This document shows positions 18,267 through 24,957 of a stretch of DNA of 24,957 nucleotides, one piece after another. Source of the DNA: a virus (Duplodnaviria; Caudoviricetes); the IMG/VR virus record IMGVR_UViG_3300034084_000002, positions 1 through 24,957 of that record. One strand, 5' to 3'. Below the pieces are notes generated by a model. It worked only from the letters and a program-made list of their open reading frames with translations, was not told where the DNA came from and did no database searches. How positions within the stretch are numbered: the stretch's first letter is position 1; each line of letters begins with the position of its first letter. Both the position numbers and the translations under genes were made by a program.

Positions 18267-18281
18267 GGTACATATATAGAC
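18262..18281 (+). promoter_or_regulatory. Phage RNAP promoter, copy 3 (tail fibre promoter)
   Basis: CTTTTGGTACATATATAGAC; core at 18265-18278, predicted +1 G at 18279; position equivalent to T7 phi17. Confidence 0.88.
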
Positions 18282-18301
18282 ACACTTACACAGGAGCACC
18301 T

Positions 18302-19405
18302 ATGCCTGCTACGCTATACGCGACTAGCCGCACGCCGGGCGATGGCGTGACAACGCAATTTGAATTTAACTTCGCTGGCGGCTACATGGACCAAGCCCAT
18401 GTTAAGGCTTACATTGAAGACGCGACTACCTTCGCACGCACGCCAGTCACTGTCGATGCCACAATGTTCGTCAACGCGAGCACCCTCGACCTCGGCGTGT
18501 CGGCCCCTGTCGGGTCGAACATGGTGATCTACCGAGATACACCGAAGGGCCAGCCGCTTGTTGACTTTGTTAACGGGAGCCGCTTCACAGAGGCTAACCT
18601 AGACAAGGTTGCAAAGCAGGCGGTGTTTATTGGCGCTGAGACTACCGATGCGACCAATGTGGACGCTATCGCAAGTATCGGCCTAGCCGCAGCTAGCGCA
18701 GCGGGCAGTGCCCTTAGCGCCGGCGCCTCCGCAGGCGCAGCCTCCTCGTCTGCTGGTTTGGCCGCTGCTTCTCAAGTTGCCGCTGCGGCGAGTGCCCTTG
18801 AGGCTGCTGGGTACGTTGCCGTTATTATCCCCGCGAACTTCGCAACGGCTGCGCAGGGCGATAAGGCCGACACAGCCTTACAGCCCGCCGCCATCGGCGT
18901 GAGCGTGCAGGCGTACGACCAACAGCTCGCTGACGTGGCGGGCCTTACTCCTACCGACAACGGCGTAGTCATCGGCAACGGCACCAACTTCGTAGTGGAG
19001 AGCGGCGCAGCCCTCAAGACGAGCCTCGGGCTGGCTATCGGCACGGATGTGCAAGCGTACGACGCCGCGACAGCCAAGACCAACGCCGCGCAGTCCTTCA
19101 CGGCCAGCCAGCGGGCCGCCCCAGTCACGGACAATGACCTCTCGTTCGATCTGAACGCAGCGCAGAACATCAACTGCACACCCACCGCTGGCGGCACGCT
19201 CACCTTTACCAACATCGCAGCAGCCGCAGGCCAGAGCGGCATCATCATTCTCGTCAATGGTGCCAACTACGCCATCGCGGCGGCGGCCACGACCAAGATA
19301 AGCGCAGCCAGCCTCGGGGCCATCAGCGCCACAGGCACTTACAAGTGCGCCTACTACTGCAATGGCACGAACGTCTATGTGACTGTTTCGGAGAATCTGG
19401 CATGA
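18302..19405 (+). CDS. Tail fibre protein with T7 gp17-like N-terminal anchor
   Basis: 367 aa; GDGVTTQFEFNFAGGYMDQAHVKAY...IYRDTPK...LVDF...EANLD anchor, Ala/Ser-rich shaft, fibre repeats FATAAQGDKADTALQP and (A)IGxxVQAYD. Confidence 0.92.
   Translation: MPATLYATSRTPGDGVTTQFEFNFAGGYMDQAHVKAYIEDATTFARTPVTVDATMFVNASTLDLGVSAPVGSNMVIYRDTPKGQPLVDFVNGSRFTEANLDKVAKQAVFIGAETTDATNVDAIASIGLAAASAAGSALSAGASAGAASSSAGLAAASQVAAAASALEAAGYVAVIIPANFATAAQGDKADTALQPAAIGVSVQAYDQQLADVAGLTPTDNGVVIGNGTNFVVESGAALKTSLGLAIGTDVQAYDAATAKTNAAQSFTASQRAAPVTDNDLSFDLNAAQNINCTPTAGGTLTFTNIAAAAGQSGIIILVNGANYAIAAAATTKISAASLGAISATGTYKCAYYCNGTNVYVTVSENLA
18890..19063 (+). repeat. Degenerate 30-bp direct repeat encoding AIGxxVQAYD (18890-18919 and 19034-19063)
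   Basis: gccatcggcgtgagcgtgcaggcgtacgac versus gctatcggcacggatgtgcaagcgtacgac. Confidence 0.7.
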
Positions 19406-20823
19406 CGATGCTTTGCAATGCGGATGCTATTGGCGCAGGTGGTTATCAGATTGATCGCAGTCTGCGGTTTCGTGCGAGTGCGAGTGCCTCGCTCAGTCGC
19501 ACCACGCCTGCCTCTGGCGGCGACCGCGACAAATCGTGGATTTATTTCCACTTCAAACGCGCAACGCTCGGCGTACTGCAATACCTGCACGGCGCGGACA
19601 CAGTTTCTGCGGACGCCGTTTACTTCAATGCTGGTGACAAATTGTGTGTGGACATTGCGGGCACAAATCGTCTGGTCTCTACGCAGGTATTCCGTGACCC
19701 AGCAGCGCACGGTGCTTTCCTAGCAGTCATGGACGCCGCCAATGCCACAGCGGCGTTGAAATACCGCGTCTATTACTTGGGCAATGGTTCCGGCACCTTC
19801 ACTGAAATAACAGCATGGGACACCGACACTCGCAGTAGTATCGCCGCTGGCACAGCAAAGACGATGCACAACAGCATTGCACATGTGTTCGGCAAAAACC
19901 CAACGGCAGCAACCAACTACGCAGACGGATATTTGTCGGAGCACCGCATTGGCACATGGTCTGGCAGTCCGCCCACACCCGCCAGTTTCGGCGGCATCAG
20001 TGCAACTACTGGATTGTGGGAACCTCGCGGCAACTCGGCGAGTTATGGCACCAGCGGCAGCTACCTCAACTTCAACGATCCCACCAGCACCCCGACACTG
20101 TGCGCTGATCGCAGCGGCAACGGCAACAACTGGACGGCGAACAACATCAGCTTGACGGCTGGTGCGACGTATGACTGGATGATTGACAGCCCGACGAATG
20201 GTGCGAGTGCTACGCAGCCGGTGGGGAATTACCCAGTATTCAATATCCTGCAGCCCGGGCCAGCACCTGCGGTTGGGGGGTTTAGCTCGGGCAACCTAAA
20301 TGTTGCTTGGGGAGCCTCTCATGGAATTGTGCGCTCTACTGTGGCCTTGCCTACAAATGGCAAGTTTTATTTTGAGATGTTCGTGGTGACATCTACCAGC
20401 GGCTCAGTTGGTGCAGGCATCAACCTTACTACAGCGTCGGCACCTAATACAGGAGCTGGCCCAGTGGCTGGGGAGTACGGCACCTACTACTACACAGGAG
20501 CCAACCTACTGTACAACAATGGCGTGCAAACCAATATCTTCCCCGTGACCGTTGTTGCTGGAGATATTTTGCAATGCGCGGTGGATGTAGGTGCGTCAAA
20601 AGTTTGGTTTGGAGTCAACAACGTATGGTCGGATGGAACTTCCAGTGGCACCACTGGCAATCCAACGGCAGGTACAAACCCCACCATAAATGCCAGCGGT
20701 GCAGATCTTTTCCCAGGCTTCCGGGGCATTAGCAACGCCGCGCACGCAAACTTCGGCCAACGCCCCTTCGCCTACACGCCCCCCGCAGGCTTCAAAGCTC
20801 TCTGCACGGCCAACCTGCCATAA
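19402..20823 (+). CDS. Tail-associated adsorption protein with ConA/LamG-like and SPRY-like beta-sandwich domains (473 aa)
   Basis: ATGA overlap with tail fibre stop; GYQIDRSLRF, FRDPAA, DRSGNGNNWT, DSPTN, GKFYFEM, KVWFGVNNVW, NFGQRPFAYTPPAGFKALCT motifs recalled from aquatic phage lectin/SPRY proteins. Confidence 0.75.
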   Translation: MTMLCNADAIGAGGYQIDRSLRFRASASASLSRTTPASGGDRDKSWIYFHFKRATLGVLQYLHGADTVSADAVYFNAGDKLCVDIAGTNRLVSTQVFRDPAAHGAFLAVMDAANATAALKYRVYYLGNGSGTFTEITAWDTDTRSSIAAGTAKTMHNSIAHVFGKNPTAATNYADGYLSEHRIGTWSGSPPTPASFGGISATTGLWEPRGNSASYGTSGSYLNFNDPTSTPTLCADRSGNGNNWTANNISLTAGATYDWMIDSPTNGASATQPVGNYPVFNILQPGPAPAVGGFSSGNLNVAWGASHGIVRSTVALPTNGKFYFEMFVVTSTSGSVGAGINLTTASAPNTGAGPVAGEYGTYYYTGANLLYNNGVQTNIFPVTVVAGDILQCAVDVGASKVWFGVNNVWSDGTSSGTTGNPTAGTNPTINASGADLFPGFRGISNAAHANFGQRPFAYTPPAGFKALCTANLP

Positions 20824-20832
20824 GGAACCAAC

Positions 20833-21804
20833 ATGCCAACAATTAAAAAAGGTTCCGATCATTTTCAGGTGGTGACAGGTACGGGCGCAAATATCCTGAC
20901 AACTGCTCAGAATGTCTTTCCCGGCAACTATCTCATCTGGATCAAAGATCGTGCCAACGCAAACAATCACCAACTGATTGATACGGTGCGCGGCGCATCT
21001 GCCGTGCTGCAAAGCAATACGACTGCTGCTGAGACAACGTATGCAGCACCTGCTGGTAGCAGTGTCGGATGGGCATGGAAGCTTGGCGGCGCCGCAGTTG
21101 CAAACAACGCCGGCAGCATTGCTTCTCAGGTCAGTGCAAACACGCTGGCTGGGGTCAGCGTCGTGACGTACACCGGCACGGGTGCTAATGCCACGGTGGG
21201 GCATGGGCTGGGTGTTGCTCCGAAGATGATCATCACCAAGAGCCGTGCGGCAGTGACGGACTGGGGCGTATACCACGCCAGCATGGATGCAAGCCCGCAG
21301 AACGGCTTGATGATTCTCAGCAGCACCAACGCTTACACGGTAGACGCTACAGCTTACAACAATACTGCACCGAATTCATCGGTTGTTTCGGTTGGGACAA
21401 GCTCACGCACAAACAATTCTGGAAACATGCTGATGCTCAGCTTCGCTGAGATTGCTGGGTTCAGCAAGTTCGGGAAGTACCCCGGCAACGGGTCTTCTGA
21501 TGGGCCATTTGTCTACTGCGGGTTCCGCCCTAGGCTAGTGATCGTAAAGTGTTCTAGCAACGCAGGCAGCAACTGGTTTGTGATTGACTCAGCCCGTGGT
21601 TCATACAACGTGGACAACGCACGCCTGTATGTAAACGACGCTGGCGCTGAAGTGGCGGATGCTGACAGGCAGCTTGACCTGCTTTCCAACGGTTTCAAGG
21701 TGCGGCACTACAACGCGAGCAATGGTGACTGCAACATCAACGGATACACCTACATCTTTGCCGCCTTCGCAGAACTCCCCTTCAACTACGCCAACGCCAG
21801 ATAA
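20833..21804 (+). CDS. Tail-associated beta-rich protein (323 aa), in frame with the preceding ORF
   Basis: TAAGGA RBS; three-fold internal repeat (LIWIKDR / VTYTGTG..TVGHGLGVAPKMIITKSR / YPGNG..FVYCGFRPRLVIVKCS), LDLLSNGFKVR, YIFAAFAELPF. Confidence 0.75.
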   Translation: MPTIKKGSDHFQVVTGTGANILTTAQNVFPGNYLIWIKDRANANNHQLIDTVRGASAVLQSNTTAAETTYAAPAGSSVGWAWKLGGAAVANNAGSIASQVSANTLAGVSVVTYTGTGANATVGHGLGVAPKMIITKSRAAVTDWGVYHASMDASPQNGLMILSSTNAYTVDATAYNNTAPNSSVVSVGTSSRTNNSGNMLMLSFAEIAGFSKFGKYPGNGSSDGPFVYCGFRPRLVIVKCSSNAGSNWFVIDSARGSYNVDNARLYVNDAGAEVADADRQLDLLSNGFKVRHYNASNGDCNINGYTYIFAAFAELPFNYANAR

Positions 21805-21815
21805 GGAACCAAAAA

Positions 21816-22235
21816 ATGTTCATCAATCAAGAAGGCCGCAAGGTCAACATCTACGCACCCTTCACAGCACCTGATGGTGCCCACGGCATCAACCTCACCA
21901 CTCCAGAGAACCGTGAACGCTACGGCATCACTGAGATTCCTGACCCTGCTCCGCCCGCAGATTACAGCGATAAGCTGTACTACCGAAACGAGCAGGAGGA
22001 TGCGCCCTATGTGGTGTTCACTCGCAAGAGTCAAGAGCAGGTTGATGCGCAGGTTTACGCTGAGGGCATGGCGCAGATCAAGAGCATTGAGCAAGATGAA
22101 CTGCTGCCGCGCACTCTGCGTGAGTTCCTACTTGAGCAGCCCGGTGCCGCAGCAAAGCCGTGGTTTGCAAAGATCAAGGCGCTTGACGACAAGATCGCTA
22201 CCCTCAAAGTGGCGCTACCCAAAGTAACCTCTTAG
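21816..22235 (+). CDS. Putative tail fibre assembly/chaperone-like protein (139 aa)
   Basis: TAAGGA RBS; follows the fibre module; TPENRERYGITEIPDP motif and helical C-terminus. Function inferred from position only. Confidence 0.55.
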   Translation: MFINQEGRKVNIYAPFTAPDGAHGINLTTPENRERYGITEIPDPAPPADYSDKLYYRNEQEDAPYVVFTRKSQEQVDAQVYAEGMAQIKSIEQDELLPRTLREFLLEQPGAAAKPWFAKIKALDDKIATLKVALPKVTS

Positions 22236-22239
22236 TAAC

Positions 22240-22428
22240 ATGAACAAACACACCCTAACGGAGCTGGCCCCGGCTGCTCCACCCACTGCCGTCACAAGCA
22301 TGCAGTTCGTGGGCATCCAACTCTCTGATTGGGTGCTGATTCTCAACATCTTGTACATCGGGCTGGGCATCGCCTACTTGCTGTACAAGTGGTTCTGGAA
22401 AGGAGCCAACGATGAGCCGCGCAAATGA
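22240..22428 (+). CDS. Holin (T7 gp17.5-like)
   Basis: 62 aa; AAPP..V...GIQLSDWVLILNILYIGLGIAYLLYKW hydrophobic helix with charged C-terminus, directly upstream of small terminase. Confidence 0.85.
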   Translation: MNKHTLTELAPAAPPTAVTSMQFVGIQLSDWVLILNILYIGLGIAYLLYKWFWKGANDEPRK

Positions 22429-22720
22429 GGAACTTCTCGGCAAGCTCCACAGCCTCGTGACCAACACCTTCATCCACAAGGTGCAAGTGCGGGCGGTTAC
22501 CCGTATGGACAAAGATGGCAACGCGGTTGAGGAGACCATCGAGCCGTCCAGCTCGGACCTCGCAGCCGCTGTCGCGTTCCTCAAGAACAACAACATCACC
22601 TGTGCCCCCAACGATGACAACGCCCTCGGGGAACTCCAGAAGCTCATGGATGCCCGCAACGCTCGGAGACGGCCCGTCCTTCCCGACGCGCACGCGAGTG
22701 TGCCTGACGGGATGCACTGA
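22412..22720 (+). CDS. Terminase small subunit (T7 gp18-like)
   Basis: 102 aa; ANEELLGKLH and SDLAAAVAFLKNNNIT motifs; AGGAG RBS; TGATG coupling to the large subunit. Confidence 0.9.
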   Translation: MSRANEELLGKLHSLVTNTFIHKVQVRAVTRMDKDGNAVEETIEPSSSDLAAAVAFLKNNNITCAPNDDNALGELQKLMDARNARRRPVLPDAHASVPDGMH

Positions 22721-24480
22721 TGGCTCGGGAATCCTCGGCCAACGCCGTCGTTCGCTGGCGTAAACTTGAGGCCGTGCAGCAGCACTACAGCGAGTTCATC
22801 CCCTTCCTGGAAGTGGTGATGGACTTGCTGGGGTTCTCCACTACGGAGGTGCAGCACGACATCGCGCAGTTCATGGCACACGGGCCACACTACCTCATGG
22901 TGCAAGCGCAGCGGGGGCAGGCGAAGACTACCATCGTCGCCGCCTTCGCCGTGTGGACGCTAATCCACAATCCACGCGCCCGCGTGCTGATCCTCTCGGC
23001 AGGTGGTGCTCAAGCCAGTGACATCAGCACCCTCATCATCCGCATCATCATGACGTTGGATGAGTTGGAGTGCCTTCGGCCTGACACCAACAACGGCGAC
23101 CGCTCCAGTGTGGAACACTTCGATGTGCACTACTCCCTCAAGGGCGTGGACAAGTCGCCGTCAGTCGCTTGCGTCGGTATCACCGGCAACTTGCAGGGCA
23201 AGCGGGCGGACTTGCTGATCGCTGACGACATTGAGTCCATGAAGAACTCGATGACCGCGACCCAGCGTGCGCAGTTGATGCACCTCACGCTTGACTTCAC
23301 GTCGATTTGCTCGACTGGCCGCATCATCTGGCTGGGCACCCCGCAGTCAATGGACTCCATCTACAACACCCTCCCAGGGCGTGGCGTGGTAGTCCGTATC
23401 TGGCCGGGGCGCTATCCAACGCAGAAGCAGCGCCTCAACTATGGGGACCATCTGGCCCCCTTGATCGTGCGCAAGCTGGAACACAACCCGGCGCTGGCGC
23501 ATGGGGGCGGTATGCTAGGCGATCAAGGGCAGCCTATCGACACAGTGCTCCTCAACGAGGAGGTTCTCCAAAAGAAAGAGCTTGCTCAAGGCACGTCGTA
23601 CTTCCAGTTGCAGCACATGCTGAACACCCGGCTGATTGACGCACTGCGCTTCCCGCTCAAGACTGACCAGCTCGTTATGATGCTGTGCCAGCAGCGGATG
23701 CCCCTGTCGGTCACTCGCGGCTTTGGCGGCGCTACCCTACATGACTTCCATGTACACGGCTTCGGCTTCAAGCTGAACACACCGCACGAGTTATCACCTG
23801 AGACGGCGAGCTTCCAAGGGACCATCGCGTACATCGACCCCGCTGGGGGCGGTATCAACGCCGACGAGACAGCATACGCCGTCACCGGCTTCCTCAACGG
23901 TAACGTCTACTTACTTGACGTGGGGGGCTTACCGGGCGGCTACAGCGGCAGCATCCTCAAGGAACTGGCGGAGCGCGTGTCAATCTGGAAGCCGAACAAG
24001 GTCGTCATCGAGAAGAACATGGGCTACGGCGCATTCCGCGAAGTGTTCCTGCCTGTCCTCCAAGCCGTGCACGAGTGCGCAGTGGAGGACGACATGGTGC
24101 ACGGCCAGAAGGAGCTACGGATCATCAACACCCTTGAGCCTATCATTGGGCGCGGGGCGCTGATCGTGAACTCCGCTCTGGTTGAACGTGACACCGCTGA
24201 CTGCGAACGCTACGCCCCGGCACAGCGCGTGCAGTACAGCTTCTTCCACCAACTCGCCAAGATCACGAAGGAGCGCGGCTCCCTCAGCCATGATGACCGC
24301 CTCGACGCTGTTGAGGGCGCTGTCCGTTACTGGCAGGCACAGCTCCAGCAGGATCAGGACAAGTCGGTTGAGCGCCAACGTGCTCGTGAGTACGCGAACC
24401 TCATCAAAGACCCTCTCAACCACCAGCGGTACACCGCTCCATCCGCCCGTAAGGGCCTATTCGGCAAATACCGCCGCTAA
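22720..24480 (+). CDS. Terminase large subunit (T7 gp19-like)
   Basis: 586 aa; AQRGQAKT Walker A variant, GKRADLLIADDIE Walker B, LGTPQ motif, nuclease YIDPAGGG..DETA and HDDRLDA. Confidence 0.97.
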   Translation: MARESSANAVVRWRKLEAVQQHYSEFIPFLEVVMDLLGFSTTEVQHDIAQFMAHGPHYLMVQAQRGQAKTTIVAAFAVWTLIHNPRARVLILSAGGAQASDISTLIIRIIMTLDELECLRPDTNNGDRSSVEHFDVHYSLKGVDKSPSVACVGITGNLQGKRADLLIADDIESMKNSMTATQRAQLMHLTLDFTSICSTGRIIWLGTPQSMDSIYNTLPGRGVVVRIWPGRYPTQKQRLNYGDHLAPLIVRKLEHNPALAHGGGMLGDQGQPIDTVLLNEEVLQKKELAQGTSYFQLQHMLNTRLIDALRFPLKTDQLVMMLCQQRMPLSVTRGFGGATLHDFHVHGFGFKLNTPHELSPETASFQGTIAYIDPAGGGINADETAYAVTGFLNGNVYLLDVGGLPGGYSGSILKELAERVSIWKPNKVVIEKNMGYGAFREVFLPVLQAVHECAVEDDMVHGQKELRIINTLEPIIGRGALIVNSALVERDTADCERYAPAQRVQYSFFHQLAKITKERGSLSHDDRLDAVEGAVRYWQAQLQQDQDKSVERQRAREYANLIKDPLNHQRYTAPSARKGLFGKYRR

Positions 24481-24488
24481 GGAATCAC

Positions 24489-24957
24489 ATGAAACTCGAC
24501 GCACTCCCCTCCCCCGGCTACCTAGGCTCTGGTCTGGAACTCCAGAAGCAGTCCATCAAGGCCATCAGCTACGTTGAGACTATCGCGCCCCTCAAGGCAG
24601 GCGGCAAGACGGAGCAGGCCAAGACCCTGACCGCCTTCTGGACGGCCTGTATCGCGGCTGTAGCCGCCTTCGTGGACGCCGTGCTGCCCACCTACGTATC
24701 CGGCGCTATCGCGCTGGCGACGCCCAAGGTGCTCACGCTGACCTACAGTGAGGGCTTGGACCAGACCATCGTGCCTGCTGCCACGTCCTTCGTTACCTCT
24801 CCTGCCAAGACGTGGGCTAGCATCGAAATCAAAGGCGCAACCGTCATCCTGACCGCCACCACGGCCTTCACCGCTGGCGCTACTACGGTGACCTACACCG
24901 CACCCGGCATCAATGCCCTGCGTGACACCAGCGGTAACCTGCTGGCTACGCACGGCC
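24489..24957 (+). CDS. 3'-truncated putative virion protein with C-terminal Ig-like (SwmB-repeat-like) domain
   Basis: Not in the ORF track. Manual translation from ATG 24489 (TAAGGA RBS): MKLDALPSPGYLGSG...VDAVLPTYVSG...VLTLTYSEGLD...TVILT...TVTYTAPG..LRDTSGN; open to the window end. Confidence 0.8.
   Translation, partial: MKLDALPSPGYLGSGLELQKQSIKAISYVETIAPLKAGGKTEQAKTLTAFWTACIAAVAAFVDAVLPTYVSGAIALATPKVLTLTYSEGLDQTIVPAATSFVTSPAKTWASIEIKGATVILTATTAFTAGATTVTYTAPGINALRDTSGNLLATHG

Noticed and set aside
19402-21804. Diversity-generating retroelement target in the Asn-rich adsorption genes
   Set aside because: No reverse transcriptase and no template/variable repeat pair differing at adenines seen in the window.
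24522-24953. 143-aa minus-strand ORF at the window end
   Set aside because: Shadow of the + strand ORF starting at 24489, which has an RBS and a recognisable domain pattern.

Overview
Late region of a GC-rich (roughly 60-65% GC by eye) T7-like podophage (Autographiviridae) with the phiKMV-type layout, in which the single-subunit RNA polymerase gene lies directly upstream of the morphogenesis genes. All credible genes are on the + strand: RNAP (probably 5'-truncated by the window), a small hypothetical, a GNAT-like protein, a small virion protein, portal, scaffold, major capsid, tail tubular A and B, three internal virion (ejectosome) proteins, a four-ORF tail fibre/adsorption module, holin, small and large terminase, and a 3'-truncated Ig-like/SwmB-repeat protein. 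Three copies of a 14-bp motif (TTGGTACATATATA) are the likely phage RNAP promoters, and two intrinsic terminators are visible. Most notable observations: a zincin-type HExxH metallopeptidase-like insert in the largest ejected protein, an apparent in-frame gene fission of the lectin/SPRY adsorption protein, a G-U-rich 17-bp hairpin that encloses the first promoter, and strong CCWGG avoidance. All assignments rest on motif recognition and synteny; no database searches were run.
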